A stretch of DNA of 64,000 nucleotides from positions 172,034 through 236,033 of the forward strand of contig NZ_JBLLNT010000005.1 in NCBI RefSeq assembly GCF_048059015.1, in the 5' to 3' direction. The notes beneath the pieces are model-generated. The model saw only the letters and a list, made by a program, of their open reading frames with translations, searched no databases and was not told the origin of the DNA. The stretch's first letter is position 1. Each line of letters starts with the position of its first letter. Below, piece by piece: positions 8,884 through 18,546 of the stretch. The DNA is from Thalassospira sp. (GTDB lineage Bacteria > Pseudomonadota > Alphaproteobacteria > Rhodospirillales > Thalassospiraceae). The translations under genes were made by a program, and so were the position numbers.

Positions 8884-9063
8884 ATGGCAGTGCCAAAGAA
8901 AAAAGTGACCAAGTCCCGTCAGGGCATGCGTCGCTCGCATGACAAGCTCGCCAAGGGCTCGTACCGCGAAGACAAAGAGACCGGCGAACTGCATCGCCCG
9001 CACCACATTGACCCGAACACCGGTATGTACCGTGGTCGTCAGGTGGTCGAGCCGAAGATGTAA
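8884..9063 (+). CDS. rpmF: 50S ribosomal protein L32
   Basis: Hand-translated [20 protein letters not shown]...[17 protein letters not shown] (59 aa), absent from the ORF track. Confidence 0.97.
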   Translation: MAVPKKKVTKSRQGMRRSHDKLAKGSYREDKETGELHRPHHIDPNTGMYRGRQVVEPKM

Positions 9064-9147
9064 TTCCGTCCCGGAGAGCTCTTGCTCTTTGGCGGTTTGC
9101 GACGCTACAAAATTCCACGCAATCTGATTTCAGATGGCGTCTGGTTT

Positions 9148-9183
9148 AAAAAGGGATGAAGCCCAACGGCTTCATCCCTTTTT
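9148..9183. terminator. Bidirectional intrinsic terminator
   Basis: AAAAAGGGATGAAGCC-caac-GGCTTCATCCCTTTTT between convergent genes. Confidence 0.85.
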
Positions 9184-9289
9184 ATTTGTCTGAATGCTAA
9201 GCGTTCGTGGGTTTGGCAAACTACAAACGAAACGGGCGGCACAGTTCCCTGCCCGCCCGCATATATGTGCCGTCCGGTTTTAAGCGATC

Positions 9290-10246
9290 CTACTTGATCC
9301 CATCGGTCCCCGTACCACACACAATCACACCAACCCGACCCGGATCAGAAACGCCCAGACGATCCGTCATGATCGCGGCAATGCCTGCTGCCGCTGACAG
9401 CTCGACGGACAGACCAAGCTCCTTCCAAAGCCAGCTTGCCGCCTTTTGCATTTCCTCGTCCGTGACAAGGGCGATGCGATCGACGTTCTTGCCAATCAGA
9501 TCGACATTAAGTGCGGATGACTGACGCGGGGCCAGGCTTGTTGCTGCCGTATTGACACTTGGCAAAGTCACGACCTCATTGGCCTTAAGGCTTTCAAACA
9601 ATGTCGCAGCCCCGGTTGGCTCAACGCCGATGATGCGGATCGACGGGCGCAAAAGCCGTGCTGCCGTGGCGACACCAGAAATAAGCCCACCTCCACCGAT
9701 CGCCACCACAAGGGTATCAAGGTCTGGTTGTTGCTCCAAAAGTTCCAGCGCGATGGTGCCCTGGCCTGCGATGACCTTGGGATCGGCAAAGGGGTGGATA
9801 TAGGCCATGCCGGTTTCGCGCGCATGATCCATGGCCGCACGGTTGGCGTCATCCCACACAGCCCCGATCAGGGCGACATCAACGCCCTGTGCACGCAGCC
9901 TCTCTACCTTGGGCTTTGGGGTGTTGGTTGGGAGGAATATTTTAACCGGCACACCAAGTGTGCGGGCAGCATGGATAACCCCCATGCCATGATTACCGCC
10001 CGATGCGGTGCACAGCCCCTGAGATCGTTTGTCATCATCAAGGGCCAGTGCCGCATTCATCGCACCGCGTGCCTTGAACGATCCGGTGACCTGCATATTT
10101 TCAAGCTTTAGGAACATTTCCGGAATGGTCTTAAGGGCCGTAAACCCCGACATGTCGGTGAAACTATCAGCCTTCATCACGGGTGTTAGACGCATATGGC
10201 TGGAAATGGCGCGACGCGCAGCACGGAAATCCTGAAGTTCGATCAC
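9290..10246 (-). CDS. Threonine/serine dehydratase (PLP, fold type II)
   Basis: LKLENMQVTGSFKARGA, ASGGNHG, IAGQGTIALE, IGGGGLISG; GTG start. Confidence 0.9.
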   Translation of the reverse strand: MIELQDFRAARRAISSHMRLTPVMKADSFTDMSGFTALKTIPEMFLKLENMQVTGSFKARGAMNAALALDDDKRSQGLCTASGGNHGMGVIHAARTLGVPVKIFLPTNTPKPKVERLRAQGVDVALIGAVWDDANRAAMDHARETGMAYIHPFADPKVIAGQGTIALELLEQQPDLDTLVVAIGGGGLISGVATAARLLRPSIRIIGVEPTGAATLFESLKANEVVTLPSVNTAATSLAPRQSSALNVDLIGKNVDRIALVTDEEMQKAASWLWKELGLSVELSAAAGIAAIMTDRLGVSDPGRVGVIVCGTGTDGIK

Positions 10247-10463
10247 GGGGCCCCCTTAACGTTATCTGTCATTTGGCCCATCGGTTCTGGTGGCGCGCCG
10301 ACGGGCAGTCTCACAGAAATAACCCGGATCACTGATTTCACAATGGCTTTTGCGCAAAAAGCCTTGAAGCTGAGCGGCCAAGATGATTTGTCTTAGTTCG
10401 ACAAATAACGGGCACACGCCCCGGCCCGAATATAAGATCGCCCATCAAGGAGTAGCACCACCC

Positions 10464-11648
10464 ATGTCTGCCAAAAGCCCCAAAAAACCTGCAACCCAGC
10501 TGGTTCATGCCGGCCGCCGTTCGAGCCAGTATCACGGCGTGGTCAATCCGCCGGTCCTACACGCCTCGACCATCTTGTTTGACAGTCTCGAACAGCTGGA
10601 AAAAGAAGGCTCCCCTGCATCGGGCAAGGTGACTTATGGCAGGCACGGCACCCCGACCCGCTTCCTGCTTGAAGAAGCCGTTGCAGAACTTGAAGGCGGC
10701 TATGGCACGCATTGCGTGTCGTCAGGTGTTTCAGCGATCACCAACTCGATCCTGGCATTCGTAAAGCCCGGCGATCATATCCTGGTGACAGACAGCGCCT
10801 ATTACCCAACTCGCCACCTGTGCAACAGCTTCCTCAAGAAGTTTGGTGTGGAGACCGAATATTACGATCCCACCATCGGCGGTGATATTGCGGGCCTGAT
10901 CCGCGATAACACGGTTCTGGTGTGGTGTGAAAGCCCGGGATCGCTGACCTTTGAAATGCAGGATATCCCGGCGATCGCCAAAGCTGCCCATGCACGTGAT
11001 GTTAAGGTCTTGCTTGATTCTACTTGGGCATCGCCAATCCTGTGCCGCCCGTTCGAGCTTAGCGTCGACATCTCGGTTCAGGCCGGGACGAAATATATTG
11101 TCGGTCATTCAGACGTGATGCTCGGCACGATTACCACCGCAACACCCGAAGACCTCCTGACCATTAAAAAGCAAATCATTATCTCTGGCGATGCGGTTGG
11201 CCCGGATGATTGTTATTTGGCGCAACGCGGGTTGCGTACACTTGCCGTGCGCATGCGCCAACATCACGAAAACGGCCTTAAGATCGCCGAATGGTTAAAA
11301 ACCCGCTCGGAAGTCAAACGCGTCCTCCATCCTGCCCTGCCCGATGATCCGGGTCATGCGATCTGGAAACGTGATTTCAGCGGTGCCAGCGGCCTGTTTT
11401 CATTTGTGATGCAGCCAGTTGAGAAATCCCAACTCGCCAATATGGTCGATAACATGGAACTGTTTGGCATGGGCTTTAGCTGGGGCGGCTTTGAAAGCCT
11501 GATCCTGCCGTCCGATCCGAAAAACATCCGCTCCGCGACAAAGTGGGACGAAGACGGTCAGTTAATCCGTCTGCATATCGGCTTGGAAGATCCGGATGAT
11601 CTGATTGCTGATCTGGAAGCCGGATTTGAGCGGTTGAAAACCGCCTGA
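10464..11648 (+). CDS. metC: Cystathionine beta-lyase
   Basis: YGRHGTPT, QAGTKYIVGHSD (PLP Lys), GFSWGGFESL; SD AAGGAG before ATG 10464. Confidence 0.92.
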   Translation: MSAKSPKKPATQLVHAGRRSSQYHGVVNPPVLHASTILFDSLEQLEKEGSPASGKVTYGRHGTPTRFLLEEAVAELEGGYGTHCVSSGVSAITNSILAFVKPGDHILVTDSAYYPTRHLCNSFLKKFGVETEYYDPTIGGDIAGLIRDNTVLVWCESPGSLTFEMQDIPAIAKAAHARDVKVLLDSTWASPILCRPFELSVDISVQAGTKYIVGHSDVMLGTITTATPEDLLTIKKQIIISGDAVGPDDCYLAQRGLRTLAVRMRQHHENGLKIAEWLKTRSEVKRVLHPALPDDPGHAIWKRDFSGASGLFSFVMQPVEKSQLANMVDNMELFGMGFSWGGFESLILPSDPKNIRSATKWDEDGQLIRLHIGLEDPDDLIADLEAGFERLKTA

Positions 11649-11667
11649 TCAAAGCGGCAAGGCAAAC

Positions 11668-11698
11668 AAAAACGGCGCGGATATCCCGCGCCGTTTTT
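11668..11698. terminator. Bidirectional intrinsic terminator
   Basis: AAAAACGGCGCGG...CCGCGCCGTTTTT between metC and the cupin gene. Confidence 0.8.
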
Positions 11699-12090
11699 CA
11701 TTTAGCTGTGATCTCAAACTCGACCGTGACAAACACCAGCTCCGTCTCGCCGGTATTTTCCAGATCATGGACAAAACCCGTTTCGGGCGCGAGATCAAAG
11801 GACTTGGTGTCACCTGCCTTGTATTCGATATCGACGATGCTGCCATCAGCGTAGCGTGATCGACCAAAACCATCTGTCATAACGGTCCAGAAATATGGTT
11901 TGTCATGGCAGTGGGCAGCAATGCGATCGCCAGGTGCCAGATGCATGTGCCAGACAGTCATCGTGCCTGTTTGATGCACCATGCGGGTTCCGATCGCGTG
12001 ATTATTAAAACCCGCGGCAAATTCCGCCCGCAATTCGGGCGGAATGTCACCAAGGACGGTTAAGCCATCAGGCTGCTTTGGCCGGGACAT
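11698..12090 (-). CDS. Cupin domain protein
   Basis: HCHDKPYFW and FVHDLEN cupin motifs; start uncertain, overlaps the reductase stop. Confidence 0.75.
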   Translation of the reverse strand: MSRPKQPDGLTVLGDIPPELRAEFAAGFNNHAIGTRMVHQTGTMTVWHMHLAPGDRIAAHCHDKPYFWTVMTDGFGRSRYADGSIVDIEYKAGDTKSFDLAPETGFVHDLENTGETELVFVTVEFEITAK

Positions 12091-13168
12091 AATCAGTATA
12101 ACCCTTATCATCGCCACCAAACAGCGTCGCACCATCAAGCTCATCCAGTGCGACATCATTCTCGAACCGCGACACCAGATCCGGGTTGGCGATGAACGGG
12201 CGGCCATAGGCGACAAGATCGGCATAACCGGCCTTCAGGATAGCTTCACCGCGTTCTTTGGTGTACTTGCCCGCTACGATGATAGAACCGGAATATGCCG
12301 CGCGCAGGTCTTTGCGGAACTGTTCGGGAATCTCCGGAGCATCGTCCCAATCAGCTTCTGACAAATGGATATAGGCCAGTCCGATACGATCAATTTCTGC
12401 AGCGGCCTTGATGATCGTATCAATAATGGTCGGGTCATTCATGTTGCGCTGCGTGATGAACGGAGCCAGTCGAATGCCGGTGCGACCGGCACCAACTTCA
12501 CCAGCAACCGCTTCGCAAACCTCGCGCAGGAAGCGAATGCGGTTTTCCTGCGATCCGCCATAGTCATCGTCGCGCTGGTTTGAGGTCGTCCGAAGGAACT
12601 GATCCACCAGATAGCCGTTGGCACCGTGAATTTCGACACCATCAAAGCCAGCCGCGATCGCATTGGCCGCACCTTTGCGGAAGTCTTCGATGATGTCCTG
12701 AATGTCTTCGCGGGTCAGTGCACGTGGCGGAGTACAATCAACCATGCCACCTTGCCCGGTTTTGGGGTCCACCACCCAAACCTGCGCATCGGGTGAAAGA
12801 GCCGAAGGCGCAACGGGCGTGCCGTCTGCGTGGAAGCTTTCGTGGCTCATGCGCCCGACATGCCAAAGCTGCAGGAAAATTCGACCGCCTGCATCGTGAA
12901 CAGCCTTGGTCACCTTGCGCCAGCCATCAATTTGCGCATCGCTATAGATGCCCGGCGTAAAGGAATATCCCCGCCCCTGCTTAGAGATCTGGGTCGCTTC
13001 GGAAATGATCAGGCCGGTGGTTGCGCGCTGTGCGTAATAGGTTCCCATCATCTCGTTGGGAATGTCGCCCGGCTGATCGGTGCGGCAGCGGGTCATCGGA
13101 GCCATCACCATCCGGTTTGGCAGATCGAGACCACGCAGGTCATAAGAGGTGAAAAGTGGGTTGGTCAT
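12068..13168 (-). CDS. Alkene reductase (Old Yellow Enzyme, NemA/XenB type)
   Basis: VMAPMTRCR, QLWHVGRMSH, EIHGANGYLVDQF, YGRPFIANPDL. Confidence 0.93.
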   Translation of the reverse strand: MTNPLFTSYDLRGLDLPNRMVMAPMTRCRTDQPGDIPNEMMGTYYAQRATTGLIISEATQISKQGRGYSFTPGIYSDAQIDGWRKVTKAVHDAGGRIFLQLWHVGRMSHESFHADGTPVAPSALSPDAQVWVVDPKTGQGGMVDCTPPRALTREDIQDIIEDFRKGAANAIAAGFDGVEIHGANGYLVDQFLRTTSNQRDDDYGGSQENRIRFLREVCEAVAGEVGAGRTGIRLAPFITQRNMNDPTIIDTIIKAAAEIDRIGLAYIHLSEADWDDAPEIPEQFRKDLRAAYSGSIIVAGKYTKERGEAILKAGYADLVAYGRPFIANPDLVSRFENDVALDELDGATLFGGDDKGYTDYVPAKAA

Positions 13169-13414
13169 CGCATTCATCCTGTCATTCAAACAAGGAGGCC
13201 CCGGTCACGATGACATGCATTCGTTTGGCATATGCAATGGCGCGGAGGGGTTTGGCGAACAGTAAACCGACTTGGGAAATACTGTTGGTTCAATCACATA
13301 CACCAGGTTGCACGCTCATGACCGGAGCGTTGGGGTCATTGAGATCACCCTATCATTGCGGAAATTCAGAATAATTCCTAAATTCAGACATTATCTTTTT
13401 GGGAATTCCGAACA

Positions 13415-14356
13415 ATGGACCTATTGACCAACCTTTCGCTGTTTATCCGGATTGTCGAAAAAGGTGGCCTTGCCGCCGCCGGGCGCGATTTCGGCTTTTC
13501 CCCGGCGTCTGTTTCCGAACGGGTCAGTGCTCTTGAAGATCATTATGGCGCCCGTCTTTTAACCCGCACCACGCGGGCAATCAGCCTGACGGACGAAGGA
13601 CGCACATTGCTTGATGGTGCACGCCAACTGGTAAGCGAAGCCACAGATCTTAGATCACAGGTCCGCCATGGCGCGGATCATTTATCGGGGCGTATCCGCA
13701 TCAGTGCGACTTTTGATCTGGGGCGGCATCGGATTGACCCGATCATCAATGCCTTCATCGAACAGCATCCTGATATCGAGATTGATTTCCTGTTATCGGA
13801 CGGATATGTCGATCTTGTCGGACAGGGCATTGATCTTGCCGTGCGTTATGGCAAGCTTTCCGACAGTAGCCTGAAACGCCGCAAACTGGGTGATATCCAT
13901 CGCTTTGCCTGTACGGCGCCAAGCTACATTGCCAAACACGGCGAACCGCAAACGCCCGCAGACCTTGTTGATCATAATTGCCTTGTCATGCGCTTTGGTG
14001 ATCAGCCCGAACAAGAATGGCCATTCACGATCGATGGCAAGAAACAGATGGTTCAGGTGCGTGGCAACCGCACGACGAACGAAGGCGCATTGATCCGGCA
14101 ATGGGCGGCAGAGGGATATGGCATCTGCATGAAATCGCACTGGGACCTTGAAGAAGATGTCAAAGCCGGTCGTCTTGTTCCGATCCTGACCGATTTCGCC
14201 CCGCCAACCAATGACCTGCAACTGGTCTATGCCGCCGGACGCAGCATGCCCAAACGCGTGCGGTGCCTGATGGATGCAATTTCAGCCTATTTCGCGGATT
14301 CCAAAGTATCCCGGGAACCGCTTGACCACTTCGCCATCAGCCAAAACAACAGTTAG
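13415..14356 (+). CDS. LysR-family regulator, divergent from the alkene reductase
   Basis: N-terminal HTH (LLTRTTRAISLTDEG) and LysR substrate domain. Confidence 0.93.
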   Translation: MDLLTNLSLFIRIVEKGGLAAAGRDFGFSPASVSERVSALEDHYGARLLTRTTRAISLTDEGRTLLDGARQLVSEATDLRSQVRHGADHLSGRIRISATFDLGRHRIDPIINAFIEQHPDIEIDFLLSDGYVDLVGQGIDLAVRYGKLSDSSLKRRKLGDIHRFACTAPSYIAKHGEPQTPADLVDHNCLVMRFGDQPEQEWPFTIDGKKQMVQVRGNRTTNEGALIRQWAAEGYGICMKSHWDLEEDVKAGRLVPILTDFAPPTNDLQLVYAAGRSMPKRVRCLMDAISAYFADSKVSREPLDHFAISQNNS

Positions 14357-14371
14357 CCTGCGCACACCTTA

Positions 14372-15172
14372 TCAGGCGGCTTTGCGCATCAGTGGGGAAA
14401 GACCAGCAGAAACGATAAAGATCGCGGCGGCTGAGATAACGATGCTGGGTCCGGCGGGCGTATCGACATGCCATGAAAGCGCGATGCCAGCCATTACAGC
14501 AGCCGCACCAAACAATGCCGCACCGATTGCCATTTGCTCCGGCGTTCTGGCAAAGAAGCGCGCGCTGGCCGCTGGCACGATCAAAAGCGCTGTAATCAGA
14601 AGAACACCGACAATCTTGATCGCCATACCGATCACAAGCGCCATCAGAAGCATAAAGATCAAACGCAGCCGTTCGACCGGGATGCTTTCGGCTGCTGCAA
14701 TTTCCGGACTAACAGTCAAAGCCAGAAGCGGCCGCCACATCCAGGCCAGCATGGAAAGCGCAAACGCCCCGCCAAGAGCCAGAAGCCAGATATCAGCAAC
14801 ATTGACCGCCAAGATATCGCCAAACAGATAAGCCATCAGATCAACAGCCACCCCCTGCACAAAGGCCAGTGCCACCATACCAAGCGCAAGCGTTGAATGG
14901 GCCAGCATGCCAAGGACAGTGTCATTGCCAATCCGTGATTGCCGTTGACCATAAGCAAGGATCAGGGCGGCGGCCAGACAGGTCGCAATCATGCCGATAC
15001 GGACATCAACGCCAATCAGAAGACCAAGCGCTACACCGAGCAACGCGGTATGGGCGAGCATGTCGCCAAAAAACGCCATGCGACGCCATACGATGAAAGC
15101 ACCGAACGGCCCGCAAACCATTGCCAGCAAAACACCGCCCAATACGGCACGGAACAGGAAATCATCCATCAT
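14372..15172 (-). CDS. znuB: Zinc ABC transporter permease
   Basis: WRRMAFFGDMLAH, YLFGDILAV; operon with znuC and zur. Confidence 0.92.
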   Translation of the reverse strand: MMDDFLFRAVLGGVLLAMVCGPFGAFIVWRRMAFFGDMLAHTALLGVALGLLIGVDVRIGMIATCLAAALILAYGQRQSRIGNDTVLGMLAHSTLALGMVALAFVQGVAVDLMAYLFGDILAVNVADIWLLALGGAFALSMLAWMWRPLLALTVSPEIAAAESIPVERLRLIFMLLMALVIGMAIKIVGVLLITALLIVPAASARFFARTPEQMAIGAALFGAAAVMAGIALSWHVDTPAGPSIVISAAAIFIVSAGLSPLMRKAA

Positions 15173-16032
15173 TTGCTGGTTCCTGCCCCTTCTTTGACGG
15201 CATGGTCGTGGTTATGATCGTGATTGTGCTGATGACCATCATCATGGTGGTGATGATGGTCATGCGTGTGATCATGGCTGTGATCATGCCCGCAACCGCC
15301 AACAACATGCCCCGAAAGATCATGTTCGTGATCATGTTCGTGGTGATAAATGCCAATCGCATCTGCTTCACGCACACCAAACAATGATCGATATTCAGGG
15401 TGCTGCCGCACAGTTTCGGGAATGCCCGAACAACAAACATGACGGTTAAAGCACACCACCTGATCGGTCTTCGCCATCACCAGATGCAAATCATGCGAGA
15501 TCATCAAAACCGCGCAGTTCAGCTCCTTGCGGATATCATCGATCAGGCGATAAAGCTCCGCCTGCCCGCTGACATCAACGCCTTGTGTCGGTTCATCAAG
15601 CACCAACAATTCAGGCCGCAACAACAATGTGCGCGCCAGCATGACGCGCTGTGTCTCGCCCCCTGAAAGGCGGCTCATCTGCGCATCAATGACGTGCCCG
15701 GCGCCAACCTGCTCAAGCACCTTTTCACATTCGGTCCAACTGGCGGAGCGGGTCAGCGTCAGGAAACGCTTCACCGTCATTGGCAAAACCTGATCAATGG
15801 CAAGTTTTTGCGGCACATAGCCGATCTTGAGCCCGCGCTTGCGCACGACGTCGCCGCTATCAGCCTGCTGCAAGCCCAAAAGGGTTTTAACCAGCGTCGA
15901 TTTACCCGCCCCGTTCGGGCCGATCAGCGTAATGATTTCACCGGGATGGATGGAAAGCGACACCTGATCAAGCACACGTTCATTGCCAAATGACAGGGTC
16001 AGCTCCCGCCCCTCAATGAGCGGCGCAGTCAT
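15169..16032 (-). CDS. znuC: Zinc ABC transporter ATPase with His-rich tail
   Basis: GPNGAGKST, LSGGE, SHDLHLV, HVCCSGIPE; long H/D-rich C-terminus. Confidence 0.93.
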   Translation of the reverse strand: MTAPLIEGRELTLSFGNERVLDQVSLSIHPGEIITLIGPNGAGKSTLVKTLLGLQQADSGDVVRKRGLKIGYVPQKLAIDQVLPMTVKRFLTLTRSASWTECEKVLEQVGAGHVIDAQMSRLSGGETQRVMLARTLLLRPELLVLDEPTQGVDVSGQAELYRLIDDIRKELNCAVLMISHDLHLVMAKTDQVVCFNRHVCCSGIPETVRQHPEYRSLFGVREADAIGIYHHEHDHEHDLSGHVVGGCGHDHSHDHTHDHHHHHDDGHQHNHDHNHDHAVKEGAGTSK

Positions 16033-16489
16033 GGCAAAGCCCCTTGATCTCGACTGTGGTTGCCTCAATCGTGAAACCGACGCCACTGGCGGCCTTGCGC
16101 ACCGCATTGCTCATATCTTCATTCACGGCCTCGGCCACACGGCCACATTTCGTGCAAATGAAATACTGGCCCAGATGTTCGCAGTCAGGTCGGTCACAGC
16201 CGAAATAGGCATTCAGTGATTCAATACGATGCACCAAGCCAAGCTCGGTCAGGAACTCAAGTGCGCGATAGACCGTTGGCGGCTGCACGCGCTGTCCTTC
16301 GGCGGTTAGCGCATCAAGCAGCTCATAGGCCGTGACCGCCTTGTGCGATTGCCAGATCAGCGTGAACACCTTGCGGCGCATATCGGTAAAGCGCGCATTT
16401 TCGGCCTCACAGACTTTCTCTGCCTGCACAAGTGCGCTATTCACACATCTGTCGTGATCGTGGCCCTTTTTCGGGAAAAGATCGCTCAT
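16013..16489 (-). CDS. zur: Zinc uptake regulator (Fur family)
   Basis: HDHDRC, PPTVYRALEFL, HRIESLNAY, CTKC and CHDC; heads znuCB. Confidence 0.9.
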   Translation of the reverse strand: MSDLFPKKGHDHDRCVNSALVQAEKVCEAENARFTDMRRKVFTLIWQSHKAVTAYELLDALTAEGQRVQPPTVYRALEFLTELGLVHRIESLNAYFGCDRPDCEHLGQYFICTKCGRVAEAVNEDMSNAVRKAASGVGFTIEATTVEIKGLCHDCAAH

Positions 16490-16570
16490 ACTTGAATATC
16501 TCATATCAACGGCGAGCTAGCGGCGCTCAGGGTCAAAGTCAATTTGCCCTAAAAAGCCATGGCATCTGAT

Positions 16571-16593
16571 GAAGTGTTATAATATATCATTTT
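16571..16593. promoter_or_regulatory. Zur box between zur and hisI
   Basis: GAAGTGTTATAATATATCATTTT has 3 mismatches to the 23-bp consensus GAAATGTTATANTATAACATTTC. Confidence 0.75.
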
Positions 16594-16641
16594 CTGACGT
16601 GCCGAACGTAAAAAGTCAACCATCATCGACCGGAGCATCCC

Positions 16642-17052
16642 ATGACGGCCGCGCAGATCACAAGCAATGACCAGATTGCCGATAAACTGAAATTCAATGA
16701 AAACGGCCTGATCCCGGCAATCGCCCAGCAACATGACACAGGCGAAGTTCTGATGATGGCCTGGATGAACCGTGATGCGGTGCTTGAAACCCTGTCGACC
16801 GGGCGGGTTTGCTATTTCTCACGTTCGCGCGGAAAGCTTTGGCGCAAGGGCGAAAGCAGCGGTCAGGTCCAGAACCTTGTCGATTTTTGCTATGACTGCG
16901 ATCAGGACACCATTCTGGTGCAGGTAGATCAGCTTGGCGTTGCCTGCCACACCGGGCGTCGCAACTGCTTTTACTTTGCCGCACGTGATGGTGCTGAAAT
17001 CGTGATTTCCGAACCGGAAGTCTCGGTTGATGAGCTTTATGGCAAAAAATAA
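16642..17052 (+). CDS. hisI: Phosphoribosyl-AMP cyclohydrolase
   Basis: GLIPAIAQ, LWRKGESSG, DCDQD, ACHTGRRNCF. Confidence 0.96.
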   Translation: MTAAQITSNDQIADKLKFNENGLIPAIAQQHDTGEVLMMAWMNRDAVLETLSTGRVCYFSRSRGKLWRKGESSGQVQNLVDFCYDCDQDTILVQVDQLGVACHTGRRNCFYFAARDGAEIVISEPEVSVDELYGKK

Positions 17053-17071
17053 CGGATAAGACGCGAACACC

Positions 17072-18211
17072 ATGGCCCTTTCAGACGAACAGTTCGAACG
17101 CATCGCAACCACGGTCATTACCGGCTTTTTGGGCAGTGGCAAGACCACGCTTCTCAATGCCCTTCTGACCCAGGATGGCATGGATAAAACTGCCGTTCTG
17201 ATCAACGAGTTTGGCGAAATCGGGCTTGATCATCTGTTGGTGCGCGAAGTGTCCGAAGATGTGGTGTTGCTCAATTCCGGCTGTATTTGCTGTTCGGTGC
17301 GCGGTGATTTGATTTCGGGCCTGCGCGATTTGTTTATCAAACGCACGCGCGGCGAAATCCCCGAATTTGATCGGGTGATCATTGAAACCACCGGCCTTGC
17401 CGATCCGGCACCGATCCTTCATACGCTGATGACCGACCCGTTACTCACCACCAAGTTCCGACTTGATAGTGTTGTCACCACGGTCGATGCGATCCATGGC
17501 GCGGGGCAGCTTGATCACCATCCAGAAAGCGTCAAACAGGCCGCCGTTGCTGATCGCATCCTGATGACCAAGTCCGATCTGGTCGATGATGAAACACGCA
17601 CAAACCTTGAAGCCCGCCTGCGTGCGCTTAACCCCGCAGCACCAATCTATCCGGTGGTGAATGGCGATATCGTGGTTGCCAAGCTGTTTAATGCCGGGCT
17701 GTATGACCCAAGCACCAAAAGCATGGATGTGCAGAAATGGCTGCGTGATGAAGCCTATGAACAGCATGGCGATGAGCATCATAATGATCATGCGCATCAT
17801 CACGACCACTCCGACGATCATGGCCACAGCCATGACCAAGCGCATGACCACCACCATCACGACGTAAACCGTCACGATGACCATATCCGGTCGTTCTGCA
17901 TTACTTTTGAGGAACCGCTGCATTGGGATGCATTCGTCACCTGGGCGGAGATTTTCACCCAGATGCGCGGCGAAAGCCTTCTGCGCGTCAAAGGCATCCT
18001 TAACCTTGTCGGCGAAGACGCGCCGGTGGCCATTCACGCGGTTCAGCATATCTTCCACCCGCCGGCATCCCTGCCCGCCTGGCCAAGTGATGACCATCGA
18101 TCAAAGATCGTTTTCATCACCAAAGATCTGGGCCCACAGGTCATTCGGGACTCCCTGTATCATCTGAATGCGGCGGTCAGCGAAACCAGTGAAAACGGAC
18201 CGACTGCGTAA
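17072..18211 (+). CDS. COG0523/CobW-family metallochaperone GTPase
   Basis: GFLGSGKTT, NEFGE, GCICC, ETTGLADP, His-rich insert, LRVKG. Confidence 0.93.
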   Translation: MALSDEQFERIATTVITGFLGSGKTTLLNALLTQDGMDKTAVLINEFGEIGLDHLLVREVSEDVVLLNSGCICCSVRGDLISGLRDLFIKRTRGEIPEFDRVIIETTGLADPAPILHTLMTDPLLTTKFRLDSVVTTVDAIHGAGQLDHHPESVKQAAVADRILMTKSDLVDDETRTNLEARLRALNPAAPIYPVVNGDIVVAKLFNAGLYDPSTKSMDVQKWLRDEAYEQHGDEHHNDHAHHHDHSDDHGHSHDQAHDHHHHDVNRHDDHIRSFCITFEEPLHWDAFVTWAEIFTQMRGESLLRVKGILNLVGEDAPVAIHAVQHIFHPPASLPAWPSDDHRSKIVFITKDLGPQVIRDSLYHLNAAVSETSENGPTA

Positions 18212-18546
18212 AAAGCCGATCGATTTGAGCCACATCAAGGATATGCGACCCGGCTTGGGGCAATCTCGTACTTGGCTTGATACAGCCTCACTCTAAGTCC
18301 TGAACTCAGGGCGGCCCAACATACCCGGTCGCCCCTTTTCTTTGTCCAAAACTCTTTTGACACAAAGACTTCTGTCCAGCGTCCTTCCCCATTGAACAGC
18401 AGCAACCATCCAAGAGTACAGGTTGCAGCGCGATGACGACGGATTAAATCAGGCACATGTTGGGCAAACTGAAACCTTATCGTCATTTGATCATGACAGT
18501 GACAGCATCCAAAATGACAACAATCAAACACAGGGGGTAAACCATC

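Noticed and set aside
8884-9063. L32 lacking zinc-ribbon cysteines as a zinc-sparing paralogue
   Set aside because: Cys-free L32 is usual in alphaproteobacteria and no Zur box precedes it
18243-18345. 17-codon ORF plus terminator-like hairpin after the COG0523 gene
   Set aside because: SD is too close to the ATG, there is no control-codon run, and the hairpin is explained as the operon terminator
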